Below, in pieces: positions 51,703 through 61,333 of a DNA stretch of 64,000 nt. Numbering within the stretch: the first letter of the stretch is position 1; each line of letters opens with the position of its first letter. Source of the stretch: an uncultured Ignavibacteriaceae bacterium (lineage in GTDB: Bacteria; Bacteroidota; Ignavibacteria; UBA10030); the NCBI GenBank assembly GCA_964534125.1, contig CAZHOJ010000001.1, positions 689,484 through 753,483 of the forward strand, in the 5' to 3' direction. Position numbers and translations under genes: made by a program. Below the pieces are notes generated by a model that saw only the letters and a program-made list of their open reading frames with translations, had not been told where the DNA came from and did not search any database.

Positions 51703-52446
51703 CTATCGTTTCTGAGTGATCGCCTGTGTCAGGAGCGGTACGCCGACCGTTGCAGGGGCCCGGATGACACCGTCCGCATACCGTGTCAGCTCGGTTTCTT
51801 CCGGATTTATCTCAAGAAGGTATGCACCTGCCGTTTTCGCAGAGAAAGGAATGGATGCCGCTGGATACACGACACCGGATGTCCCGACCAGCACGAAGAG
51901 ATCGCATCGCCGGGCTGCCTTTTCGGCGGCCCCGAAAGCTTCCATGGGAAGGAGCTCACCGAACCACACTACCGACGGCCTGAACAATCCGTCGCAATCG
52001 GGACACTTCGGGAGCTCCCCTTTCCCGACTGGATGCAGGTCCTCCACGCTCTTCCCGCACGAGTTGCAGTGGCTGCGGCGGATGTTGCCATGAAGCTCCA
52101 CCATTTTCGTCGATCCCGCCAGCTGGTGCAGGCCATCCACGTTCTGCGTAATAAGCAGAAAATCATCGACGATCCGCTCAAGTTCCGCAATGGCCTCATG
52201 GGCAGCGTTCGGCCGTACGTCCTTCAGCAACGTTCGCCGGTAGGTGTACCATTCCCACACGATATCCGGGTTCTGCAGGAACGCATCCACGCTCGCCAGT
52301 TCTTCGGGCTTGAACTTCTGCCAGAGCCCCCCGTGTCCGCGGAACGTCGGCACGCCGCTCTCGGCTGAGACACCCGCACCTGTCATGACGCAGACCGAAC
52401 GGACACGCGTCACCAGGACAGAGAGGGATTCAGGAAGTGTCATCAT
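51703..52446 (-). CDS. Sir2-family NAD-dependent protein deacylase
   Basis: Trimmed to ATG 52446, which overlaps the acylase stop (ATGA). GAGVSAESGVPTFRG, and a Zn-ribbon cysteine pair CxxC...CxxC. Confidence 0.8.
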   Translation of the reverse strand: MMTLPESLSVLVTRVRSVCVMTGAGVSAESGVPTFRGHGGLWQKFKPEELASVDAFLQNPDIVWEWYTYRRTLLKDVRPNAAHEAIAELERIVDDFLLITQNVDGLHQLAGSTKMVELHGNIRRSHCNSCGKSVEDLHPVGKGELPKCPDCDGLFRPSVVWFGELLPMEAFGAAEKAARRCDLFVLVGTSGVVYPAASIPFSAKTAGAYLLEINPEETELTRYADGVIRAPATVGVPLLTQAITQKR

Positions 52447-54848
52447 TCCGGACGCAGCACGAGAAGCATCGGAGCCTGAGCCGCCACCTTGACCGAGTCC
52501 ATCGGGACGATCTTGTAGGAGCCGTTCAGCCACAGGCTTACCTGATCATCATAGTTCCGGTGAAAGACGTGGCCCGACTGGCCGGGCGGCATGACAGTCC
52601 GCGTATTGTTCGGGTCGGACAGGTCGAAGATCTGCCGGACCGATGCGCCAACGGTCATCGTAAAACTGCCGTCAAGCCGGTAGTATCCCACGTTGACCGT
52701 GGAATGCGATCCGTCGACTGCGAACGGACCGACATTGAAGATGGGCCTGAGTGCGGGAACGGCACTCATGACGTGCGAGAAGCTCATCGTATGGACCCGC
52801 TCCCACCGCCACTCACGAATGTCCGTTCCAAGGCGTCCCTGGAGATCCGTGAGCGAGAGTCGAAATGCCCGGCGCAGAATTTCGTTCCGGTCTTCCCTTT
52901 CCGGGGTCCTGACATCATCGAACCATGACGCATCGGGCTTGTCAAGAAGCCGGCGGAACGCGGTCAGCGGCATGCTCGCCAGCGTGTCATACACCGCAAG
53001 CAGTTCATCCCCCATCTCATCGACGAAGGTCTCCCGCATTGCGTGGTTGTAGAGAGACTCGAAGATGGTAGGAGCCACCTGGTCTTTCTCCACTTTGAAA
53101 TCCCATGTGCGTACGTATGAGACATACTGCGGGAACTGCTCGTCCACTGACGTATCCGAGAGCACCTCGAGAAGCATCGGCACGATATCCCGTGCCAGCG
53201 GTGAGAACACATCCTGCTGGAGCCTCTGCATCTCCTCGACCGTCACACCCTCCAGGCCCGCGAGCACGTCGTTGAGACGCTGCGCCCGCCAGGGGGGCTC
53301 GAGCAGATGGGAAAGATGGTAGGGGAAGGAACGGCCCTCGATCGCATTATTCGCGCTTGCGATGTAGCCCGAAGCGGGATTCAACGTGTGCGGCATCGAC
53401 CCGAACGGGATGTATCCCTGCCAGTCACTCTTCGACGTTCTCCCGTCCGCAGGAAGAAGCGCCTGTGCCGCCGGACGGATGGGGACCTTCCCCCCCGTGC
53501 GGTATCCGATATTGCCTGCCGTATCCGCATACACAAAGCTCTGACATGGAACAGTGAAATGCCGGAGGGCATCGCTGAACTCATCCCACGATCCGGCCTG
53601 ATTCAGGAGCATGAACGCCCGGGCGTCATTTGATATATCGTGGCCGGTCCATCGCATCGACAACAGCGGGGCCGACCACTTCGCCGCCGGCTCGATCCTG
53701 TTCACGATGGGTCCGCGGTGCGTCCGATAGACCGTAAGCAGAACCGGGTCCGCATCCCTGACCAGGATGGTATCGATCCGCTGTGTCATCGGAACCCAGG
53801 CACCGTCGAGCCGGTACATGGTCGGTGTGCTCCTGTTGTCGACCTCCTCCACGTAGAAGTCATGGTCGTCGATCATGGCGTTCGTCACGCCCCAGGATAT
53901 GCTCCTGTTCCTGCCGAGGATCACAAAAGGAACACCGGGGATCGTTCCGCCCATGACATCAAGGTCCGGGGCGACCATGTGGACCTCGTGAAACCTTCCC
54001 GGAGCCATCAGGAGAAGATGGGGATCGTTGGCAAGCAACGGCTTTCCCGTTGCGGTCCGCGAGCCATGGACCGCCCAGGCATTGCTGCCGTGACCCAGAC
54101 TGTTCATTCCAAGGACAGACCGTGCCGCATACTCCGCCATAAGAAAGTCGGTCAGACCCCTTTCCGCCTCACGGGAAAGACCTGCAATGATGGCGGGATC
54201 TCCCTCCTCCCACTGAGGGAACAGCAATCGTGCCTTGTCATACCCGAATCGCGACACGAACACCGACATGAGAACATCCATCCAGCGGGAAAAATCCAAT
54301 TCCCACCCCATGAGGCGGCTTATGAGCAATGAATGCCTCAGCTCCCATGGCTCCGGCTCATATCCCAGAATGTCGAATTCGATCGGCAGACGTCCCTCGA
54401 ACAGCTGCATGCCGGCGTTCACTCCTTGTGCATAGCATTCCAGCGCACGGCGCGTCTCAGGATCCAGGTTCTGCTCCATCTCTGACGAGATGCCTCGAAG
54501 GTCGAGCGTGCGCATCAGCCTGTCGACCGGGAGGGCGTCGGGACCGAGCACCTCCGCCAGCCGGCCATCACCGACACGGCGGGCAAGTTCCATCTGCCAC
54601 AGACGGTCCTGCGCATGCACGAATCCCACTGCGCGATACAGGTCCTCACGGTTCGTCGCGTCAACATGGACATATCCATAATCGGAGCGACGGACCTCGA
54701 CCGGGTCCGTCATCGCGGCAACGATGATCTCCCCTTCCACGTCAGGTTGGGAACGCTGCACGAGCCAGATGCCGACAACGGTCAGGACAATGAGAAGAAC
54801 GAGGAGGGCGCCGAGGAGGCCGAGGATGATATGTGTCCGTCTGGACAT
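52443..54848 (-). CDS. Penicillin acylase/amidase family (Ntn-hydrolase, S45) protein
   Basis: 801 aa. N-terminal TM/signal, RAVGFVHAQDRLWQMEL, and a nucleophile region SNAWAV. Confidence 0.85.
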   Translation of the reverse strand: MSRRTHIILGLLGALLVLLIVLTVVGIWLVQRSQPDVEGEIIVAAMTDPVEVRRSDYGYVHVDATNREDLYRAVGFVHAQDRLWQMELARRVGDGRLAEVLGPDALPVDRLMRTLDLRGISSEMEQNLDPETRRALECYAQGVNAGMQLFEGRLPIEFDILGYEPEPWELRHSLLISRLMGWELDFSRWMDVLMSVFVSRFGYDKARLLFPQWEEGDPAIIAGLSREAERGLTDFLMAEYAARSVLGMNSLGHGSNAWAVHGSRTATGKPLLANDPHLLLMAPGRFHEVHMVAPDLDVMGGTIPGVPFVILGRNRSISWGVTNAMIDDHDFYVEEVDNRSTPTMYRLDGAWVPMTQRIDTILVRDADPVLLTVYRTHRGPIVNRIEPAAKWSAPLLSMRWTGHDISNDARAFMLLNQAGSWDEFSDALRHFTVPCQSFVYADTAGNIGYRTGGKVPIRPAAQALLPADGRTSKSDWQGYIPFGSMPHTLNPASGYIASANNAIEGRSFPYHLSHLLEPPWRAQRLNDVLAGLEGVTVEEMQRLQQDVFSPLARDIVPMLLEVLSDTSVDEQFPQYVSYVRTWDFKVEKDQVAPTIFESLYNHAMRETFVDEMGDELLAVYDTLASMPLTAFRRLLDKPDASWFDDVRTPEREDRNEILRRAFRLSLTDLQGRLGTDIREWRWERVHTMSFSHVMSAVPALRPIFNVGPFAVDGSHSTVNVGYYRLDGSFTMTVGASVRQIFDLSDPNNTRTVMPPGQSGHVFHRNYDDQVSLWLNGSYKIVPMDSVKVAAQAPMLLVLRPE

Positions 54849-54860
54849 AGGATAGCGTTC

Positions 54861-54894
54861 AAAGAAAAGCCCCGTTCAGGGGTCTGAACGGGGC
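54861..54894 (-). terminator. Rho-independent terminator
   Basis: GCCCCGTTCAG-GGGT-CTGAACGGGGC with AAAGAAAA on the plus strand (T-rich on minus), 50 nt downstream of the stop at 54946. Confidence 0.65.
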
Positions 54895-54945
54895 AATGTA
54901 GACAAACTTTCAGGGGTGTTCAACAAAGCCGCGGCTGAACGCCTC

Positions 54946-56400
54946 TCAGAACCGATACGCGAGGGTCGCGTAGATACGGGTCGACGTCACGGACTCGTTC
55001 GTCGATGAGGTCTGGCCCAGACTGTTGATGTAATAGTTGTCCCTGAATGTGTTCCAGGTTCCTCGCGCGACAGACACGTTGAACATCGTATGGCGGTCGA
55101 GCTCGATCCCCAATCCGCCCGTGAAATACTTCCTGTCGAAGCTGGCGGGGTCGCCCTTATACGGCGACGGGAGGTATGCCATGCCCCCGCGAAGCACGAT
55201 GCCCCAATCCAGGAGCGACAGTTCCACTCCTCCGCGCAGGTTGGTCGTCTGCCGGAAAGCACGCTTGATGTACCGGTTCTCCTCAAGGAGGTCCGGGTTC
55301 TTCGTGTCGAACTCCACTTCTGTCCAGTCCGTGTATTCGGCATCCCCCATAACGGCAAGCCATTGGAAAATATTCACGGACAGTCCCGCACTGAAGGAGG
55401 GAGAGGTCATCACACGATACGTGGTCTCGCTCGTGTACCCGCTCGAGTATGAGGTTCCATCATCGAAGGAAGACGTCCCATCGTCAGAGAATGTCTCCGT
55501 GATATTGTATACGGTCGGCGTACGGTAGGTCAGCCCGGCCTGGTATCGCCCCGGCTTCCGCACGGTGAGCCCGAGCAGGGCGTTGAACCCGGTCATTCTG
55601 CTCTCGATCGTGCTGATGAACGAGAACTGGTCGACATTATATGGATATGCAGTATAGACGTTCCGTGTGTCCGTTTCGATGAACTCGCGGTCATAGGAAT
55701 ACCGGCCCGAGACGATGTTGACGGACATGCCGACAGAGATGTTCGGTGCGACCTCAATGGCTCCCCCGAACGAATAGTGGCTCGTGCCTCCTCCTTCATA
55801 GACGGTCCCTGACTGCTCGACGCTGTCGGTCACGACCGGGAACAGGAAACCGTTCAACGTATCAGCAAGCCATATCTGGAATGGTATGTTCGAGGCCAGG
55901 AGGTCCTGCTCCTCGTCCGGGGACATCGCCCACAGGTCCGTCACGGGTGCCAGCGCGCGCACGAGCGACGTGCTGCCGTTGTATCCCCGGAATGAGGCGA
56001 CCGACGTGTAATCGGACATCCTTCCATACCCGAACGCCAGGGTCAGGCTCCCCCTACTGGTCGGTATCGGATAGACGATGCCTGCATTCTCGATGCGCGT
56101 CACCGCATTGTCCGCCGTGGTCGAGCGGCCGAGGTATTGCGCATCATTCTGATACATGTTCCTGGCAAAGCCCAGCGACACTTCGAAATCCCGCAGGGCT
56201 GTCAGCGTCGCCGGGTTCGAGAACAGCGACGAGTAGTCGGCCGTCCGGGCGACGGATGCGCCACCGAGCGCGATACCGCGTGCACCGATACCGAACGAGT
56301 ATTGTGAGAACCGCAGTGCATCCTCTGCGAACTGACCATACGCCAGGACCGGCGCGAGGACCATCGCGGCAGAGACGAGAAATCTGTTTGACGTTTTCAT
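54946..56400 (-). CDS. FadL/TodX-like (possibly PorV-like) outer-membrane beta-barrel transport protein
   Basis: 484 aa. Signal peptide. N-terminal hatch motif GIGARGIALGGASVARTADYSSLFSNPATL (the FadL pattern ...G.A.vA..d.s....NPAgL). C-terminus ATLAYRF. Confidence 0.55.
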   Translation of the reverse strand: MKTSNRFLVSAAMVLAPVLAYGQFAEDALRFSQYSFGIGARGIALGGASVARTADYSSLFSNPATLTALRDFEVSLGFARNMYQNDAQYLGRSTTADNAVTRIENAGIVYPIPTSRGSLTLAFGYGRMSDYTSVASFRGYNGSTSLVRALAPVTDLWAMSPDEEQDLLASNIPFQIWLADTLNGFLFPVVTDSVEQSGTVYEGGGTSHYSFGGAIEVAPNISVGMSVNIVSGRYSYDREFIETDTRNVYTAYPYNVDQFSFISTIESRMTGFNALLGLTVRKPGRYQAGLTYRTPTVYNITETFSDDGTSSFDDGTSYSSGYTSETTYRVMTSPSFSAGLSVNIFQWLAVMGDAEYTDWTEVEFDTKNPDLLEENRYIKRAFRQTTNLRGGVELSLLDWGIVLRGGMAYLPSPYKGDPASFDRKYFTGGLGIELDRHTMFNVSVARGTWNTFRDNYYINSLGQTSSTNESVTSTRIYATLAYRF

Positions 56401-56415
56401 CTCCGGATCCCTTTC

Positions 56416-57336
56416 TTAGCGGCGACGCTCAGAGCTGCCCGATCGCGAACTTCCGGAACTGCGTGAGCCGGACGAACTCGACCCGGACGATGAAGAACTG
56501 CGGGGCGGAGACGACGGCCTCGAGACGCTCGGCCTGCTCGACGACCCGCTGGAAGAACGGACCGAAGACGAGGAGCTGCGGCTGCTGCCCGATGACGACG
56601 ATGAAACGCCACTGCTCCTCGATTCCGACGAACGCGTCACGGCTCTGCTGATGATCTCCCATGCGGATGAACTGCGCGTCGATGATCCGCTTCGTCCCGA
56701 GGAGACTGCCCGGTCTCCTGACGATCCCGACCTCGGCCTTGTGAAATCGATCGATGGTGTTCGCGACGTCGTTGACGTGCGACCCGCCGTGCTGCGGTCG
56801 CCGACGGCCGGCGTCCGGCTTCCGGTCGTCGCATCCACACCAGTCCGGCTTGTCCCTGAGCTTCGGGCACCGTCATAGTCACGTCGTCGCTCCGTCCCCG
56901 ACCGCCGTACACCGGAGTTCCGGGTCGTTGTCAGGCTGGACCTGTAGGTGTAGTACGGCGCATCATACACGTAGAAGACGGGACGATGCCAGTACCAGCT
57001 GCTATAGTGTCCGTAGTATGGATAATCCCACCACCAGGGGTACGGATAGACCGTCGTGTAATTCCAATAGTCCCAGTAACCGGGGTAATAGACATAGGGA
57101 GGCGTATAGTAGTACCAATCAGGGTAGCCATACGAGAACGAGAGCCAGAAGCGGCTGCGGGGAGCATAGACATCATCATCGTAGGCATAGTCCTCGGCCT
57201 CGTGATCCTGATACTCTTCTTCCGAGACCATCGTCGGTTCATCTTCGTACACTGCTAGCTGTGTGTAGCATCCGGGCAGGAACGAGATGGAAACTCCGGC
57301 CACGAAGAGTGCAGGGAGGAAGATTTTCGTTTTCAC
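56416..57336 (-). CDS. Lipoprotein with extreme Tyr/Trp/Pro-rich core and long Ser/Arg/Gly-rich disordered tail
   Basis: GTG start. Lipobox MKTKIFLPALFVAGVSISFLPGC. A core YGYPDWYYYTPPYVYYPGYWDYWNYTTVYPYPWWWDYPYYGHYSSWYWHRPVFYVYDAPYYTY, then about 170 aa of S/R/G/T low complexity. It ends 15 nt before the FadL-like gene. Confidence 0.5.
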   Translation of the reverse strand: MKTKIFLPALFVAGVSISFLPGCYTQLAVYEDEPTMVSEEEYQDHEAEDYAYDDDVYAPRSRFWLSFSYGYPDWYYYTPPYVYYPGYWDYWNYTTVYPYPWWWDYPYYGHYSSWYWHRPVFYVYDAPYYTYRSSLTTTRNSGVRRSGTERRRDYDGARSSGTSRTGVDATTGSRTPAVGDRSTAGRTSTTSRTPSIDFTRPRSGSSGDRAVSSGRSGSSTRSSSAWEIISRAVTRSSESRSSGVSSSSSGSSRSSSSSVRSSSGSSSRPSVSRPSSPPRSSSSSGSSSSGSRSSGSSRSGSSERRR

Positions 57337-57577
57337 GGCATGGTCCTTTCAGCTTGGCTGCTGAATTGAGCGCAAAGGACGTGCCATCAGAAGAGAGAAA
57401 AATATGGCGAAAACGAGGGAAAAGAGAGGATTCAGGACGCTTTCAGATGGGGAGAGTGTCCAGATTAGTGACCAAAATGTTGGTCATCGCAACACCCCCG
57501 GCTGCTGAATTCCCGGATCGAGATCCTACCTGAGAGGTGGGATCTCCGGCCCGAAGGGGGTCGTACAACCGATCTTC

Positions 57578-58369
57578 CTACAGCGCTCCTGTGAAGTCTA
57601 TTTGGAGGGTTCGGTTGGCGACGCTGATATTCTTCTGATTCTTCGTCACGTTCTTCAGGTCGAATCCGACGACCAGTCCTCCGCCCCAGTGCCAGCGGAA
57701 TGCGAGGTTCAGATACCCTTTTCCCTGCCCGACAGCGCTTCCATGGTCATCGTTGAAGCCGAAATCATACTCCGCCATCACGGATATGCTCTCGCCGATC
57801 GATTTCTCGAACCCAAGGTATGCGTTCATGTCCTTGTCGCCATCGGCGCGTTCCATCGTGAAGTGGAGGCCGCCATGCACCGAGAGGTTGCCCAGCAACG
57901 CATAGTTGCGGCTCGCAGCAATATATGCACCCGGCGATTTAATGGTGTACCTGTCCAGGCTATCGACGTATGGTTCCTTCCCCTGTGAATCAAAACCGAT
58001 CGCAAGCGCAGGCAGTACCGAACCCTCCCCGATGATGCGGAGCCGGGCCTGAACGCCCGGGATCGGGTTCATCCTGATGGCGTCCGGTCCGATGATGTCT
58101 GTTCCCCCGTAGGAAATGCCGATCATGAACCTGTCGAACACGCCCACAGAGATGCCGGCGAGCACTCCCCCGCGCTGATAGAAATTGCCGTTCACGGCAA
58201 ATGTGGCACGCTGGAGCATACCCGCAGTCGGCTTGTCCACCAGGTAGATAGGTTCGACGTTGGCCTGGTCTCCGGCATAGCTCTGAGCCAGTGCCTGTGA
58301 TGGGCCGAAACACGCAACGCAAGCGGCGATGACAACCGCAACGCGTATCGATCGGTCGTAGTGTCTCAT
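57578..58369 (-). CDS. Putative small outer-membrane beta-barrel/secreted protein, hypothetical
   Basis: Trimmed to ATG 58369, giving MRHYDRSIRVAVVIAACVACFGPSQALAQ. Alternating hydrophobic strands; no recognised domain. Confidence 0.45.
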   Translation of the reverse strand: MRHYDRSIRVAVVIAACVACFGPSQALAQSYAGDQANVEPIYLVDKPTAGMLQRATFAVNGNFYQRGGVLAGISVGVFDRFMIGISYGGTDIIGPDAIRMNPIPGVQARLRIIGEGSVLPALAIGFDSQGKEPYVDSLDRYTIKSPGAYIAASRNYALLGNLSVHGGLHFTMERADGDKDMNAYLGFEKSIGESISVMAEYDFGFNDDHGSAVGQGKGYLNLAFRWHWGGGLVVGFDLKNVTKNQKNISVANRTLQIDFTGAL

Positions 58370-58385
58370 GGAGATGGTCTCCGTT

Positions 58386-59882
58386 CTAGATGTCGTCGTC
58401 GCCGAAAACCCGGCGTACGGTCTTAGGCAGGTCCTTCTTTGTATCTCTGCCCGTCTCGAGTGGTATGATCGTCGCAGACGGCGGGTCCTCTTCCGTCCGC
58501 CGTACGATCCTGTACGCCCGCTCCTCCGGTTCCTCGCTCCCGACTGACCCACCAGGATGCATCTGCCCGTGTCCCGCATCCATCGGATGGACGCCCTGCG
58601 GAAGCATCAGCAGCTCCTGTATATCACGGACGATGTCTTCCTCCGAATACGTCAGGACAGTCCCTTCGCGTATACTGAACTCTCCGTTCACCATCACATC
58701 CGAGACGTCGGACGAGTGAACGCGATACACCATCGCCTCGGCGATCTCCCCCGGGGAGAGCACATCCAAAGCGGCCTGCAGATCGAGCGAGCGGCACCTG
58801 ATCAGCTGGAGGTTCGCGCGCTTTCCCACTGCGATCGTGCCAATGTCCTGCTCCAACCCGATGGCCGAGGCAGGGACGCATGTGAGGTCACGAAGATGCC
58901 GCCGGGCGGACGTTGCCTGGGACTTCACGTCCTCATCACGCTCCATCATTCCCCGCAGCATCGCCCAGTGCGAGAATGGACCCCAATCCGTGCAGAACGC
59001 CGTCCGGACGTTCTGGTCCCGGTACGTATGCACCGGGGGGAGCGGAACGCCCTTCCGGACAGCGGCACCCGGCGAGAGGATCGGGACAAGAGACCGTTGC
59101 TGCAGACGCTGGACGTCCCTCTGGTCCTGCAGATGTGCGTGCACCATCAAACAGCCGGCATCAAGGATACTGAACTCTTCGAGGATCTGCAGCGGACGTT
59201 TGTTGAAATTACGAAACAGGATGTCCGCATCCTTGTCCGTATCGCTCATGTGCATGAGCAGGGGATATCCCGATTCCCTGCTCAACCGAAGGGAGGCCTG
59301 CAGATTATAGGTCGTCAACTCCTCCGCTGGCGGCAGCGCGATCGAATGCATCATCCTGCCTGACCCTCCCCCGGCGACACGCTCGAGCTGATCGGCATCA
59401 TGGATCGTCAGCATGCCGGGGAGCTCCGTGCGGCTGAATGCCTCGAGGGCGGCAGCGCAGGACGTATCCCCTCCGGGGATCCCGAACTCGCCGAGGAATG
59501 TCACTCCGCCCCGCAGGGCCTGATAGCAGACGACCGTATACAGCCGTCGCCAGTCCTCCGGTGTCGCCTGCTGATACCAGAACGCCTCCGCCTTCACATA
59601 CTCCTGCATCTTCTGCCACCTGCTGTGTGGCTCCCCTGCCGTCAGAAGATCGAACAGCAGAGATTCACCATGCACATGCAGGTCGACGAATCCGGGCATC
59701 AGCACCTTGCCCGTCCCATCGACCACCTCGACGTCCGGAGCCGGCGCATCGCTTCGCGATCGTCCATAGGAGATGGATGTGATCCGGTCATTCCGGATGG
59801 TGACGGTGCCGATCCCACCGGTCCCTTCCTCATCACAGGAGAGGATGTAGGCGTTCCGTATGATCTTGCGCGTGTCAGGCAT
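58386..59882 (-). CDS. Amidohydrolase-family metal-dependent hydrolase
   Basis: 498 aa. LMPGFVDLHVHG (HxH metal site). The remainder is consistent with amidohydrolase_1. Confidence 0.75.
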   Translation of the reverse strand: MPDTRKIIRNAYILSCDEEGTGGIGTVTIRNDRITSISYGRSRSDAPAPDVEVVDGTGKVLMPGFVDLHVHGESLLFDLLTAGEPHSRWQKMQEYVKAEAFWYQQATPEDWRRLYTVVCYQALRGGVTFLGEFGIPGGDTSCAAALEAFSRTELPGMLTIHDADQLERVAGGGSGRMMHSIALPPAEELTTYNLQASLRLSRESGYPLLMHMSDTDKDADILFRNFNKRPLQILEEFSILDAGCLMVHAHLQDQRDVQRLQQRSLVPILSPGAAVRKGVPLPPVHTYRDQNVRTAFCTDWGPFSHWAMLRGMMERDEDVKSQATSARRHLRDLTCVPASAIGLEQDIGTIAVGKRANLQLIRCRSLDLQAALDVLSPGEIAEAMVYRVHSSDVSDVMVNGEFSIREGTVLTYSEEDIVRDIQELLMLPQGVHPMDAGHGQMHPGGSVGSEEPEERAYRIVRRTEEDPPSATIIPLETGRDTKKDLPKTVRRVFGDDDI

Positions 59883-59891
59883 GGGCCGGCA

Positions 59892-61331
59892 TCATCCGAT
59901 CTTCCAGCTTGTGCCATCCTTGGAGTCCTCGAGGACCACTCCCGCGGCCTTCAGCTCGTCCCGGATCCTGTCGGAAAGTCCAAAATCCTTTCGTACGCGG
60001 GCATCCGCGCGTAGGGTAATGAGCAGCTCTATCAGCCGGCCATGTAACCCTGCATCGGCAGCTTTCGTCCCCGCATGGACCGGAAGAATGCCCAGAACCG
60101 TATCGCCAATGTCGTCGAAAAGAGCGCTGGCCTGTGAGAGAGATGACGTATCCATGCCATCCGCGGATGCAATAGCGGCATTCGCCTCCCTGCCGAGGTC
60201 GAACAAAGTACCGATCGCGAGGGACGTGTTCAGGTCGTCGTCCAGGGCATCGAGCGCTTTCTGCCGATAGTCGCCGACCGGAACGGAGCGTCCTTTCTTC
60301 CCACCGGCTCCTCGTGCGATGGCATCCGTGATCGCACGGCGTACGTTCCGCAGGCGCTCAAGTCCCGCCTTCGCTCCGTCCAGCGCCTGCTCGCTGAAGT
60401 CGAGTGTGCTGCGGTAGTGGCTCTGGAGCACGAAGAAGCGCACGACGAGCGGATCGTACCGCTGGAACAGGTCCTTGAGCGTCACGAAGTTCCCCAGCGA
60501 CTTCGACATCTTCTTCCCGTTGACGGTGACGAGGTTGTTGTGCAGCCAGAACCGGGCGAACGGCTTCCCCGTGGCGCAAACGCTCTGTGCCACCTCGCAT
60601 TCATGATGCGGGAACTGGTTATCCATGCCGCCGCCATGGATGTCGAACGTCTCACCAAGATACTTCATCGACATTGCTGAACATTCTACATGCCATCCCG
60701 GGAATCCTTCACCCCACGGGCTCGGCCACCGCATGATGTGCTCCGGCTCCGCCTTCTTCCACAACGCAAAATCCTCAGGGTTCTTCTTCTCGGATCGCAC
60801 TCCCACCCGCGTCCCCTCCACGGCCTCATCAAGTGTGCGTCCGGAGAGCTTTCCGTATGCGGGGAAGGACCGGACATCGAAATACACCGAGCCGTTGACC
60901 TCGTACGCATGCCCCTTGTCAAGGAGCGCCTGTACGATGCTGATCTGCTCGATGATGTGGCCGGTCGCGCGCGGAGAAATGTCGGGGCGCAGCACACCCA
61001 GGGCGTCCATGTCATCAAAGTAGCTCCGGGTGATCGTCTCAGCGATCTGCATCGGATGGGTCCTCTCGATGCGGGATTGTTTCAGCATCCGGTCTTCGCC
61101 GTCATCGAGAAGATGCCCCACATCGGTGATGTTCTGGACGTACAGCACCTTCGATCCTGTGAACCGCAGGTACCGGACGAGGATATCGAAGGAGATGTAG
61201 CTCTTGGCGTGCCCGACGTGGGAATCGCTGTAGACCGTGGGCCCGCACACGTAGATGCCCGCATGGCCGGGCACGAGCGGTGTGAATGGTTCCTTTGAAC
61301 GCGACAGAGAATTGTACAGGTGCAATGGCAT
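59892..61331 (-). CDS. cysS: Cysteinyl-tRNA synthetase
   Basis: HIGH-type motif (HVGH), KMSKS, and Zn-binding Cys residues. Confidence 0.9.
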   Translation of the reverse strand: MPLHLYNSLSRSKEPFTPLVPGHAGIYVCGPTVYSDSHVGHAKSYISFDILVRYLRFTGSKVLYVQNITDVGHLLDDGEDRMLKQSRIERTHPMQIAETITRSYFDDMDALGVLRPDISPRATGHIIEQISIVQALLDKGHAYEVNGSVYFDVRSFPAYGKLSGRTLDEAVEGTRVGVRSEKKNPEDFALWKKAEPEHIMRWPSPWGEGFPGWHVECSAMSMKYLGETFDIHGGGMDNQFPHHECEVAQSVCATGKPFARFWLHNNLVTVNGKKMSKSLGNFVTLKDLFQRYDPLVVRFFVLQSHYRSTLDFSEQALDGAKAGLERLRNVRRAITDAIARGAGGKKGRSVPVGDYRQKALDALDDDLNTSLAIGTLFDLGREANAAIASADGMDTSSLSQASALFDDIGDTVLGILPVHAGTKAADAGLHGRLIELLITLRADARVRKDFGLSDRIRDELKAAGVVLEDSKDGTSWKIG

Positions 61332-61333
61332 GG

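Noticed and set aside
56416-56950. Ser/Arg-rich tail of the aromatic lipoprotein as a frameshift artefact
   Set aside because: Considered. The frame runs uninterrupted from a GTG plus lipobox to a stop 15 nt before the next gene, with no competing long ORF. It is kept as real but flagged for read-level verification.
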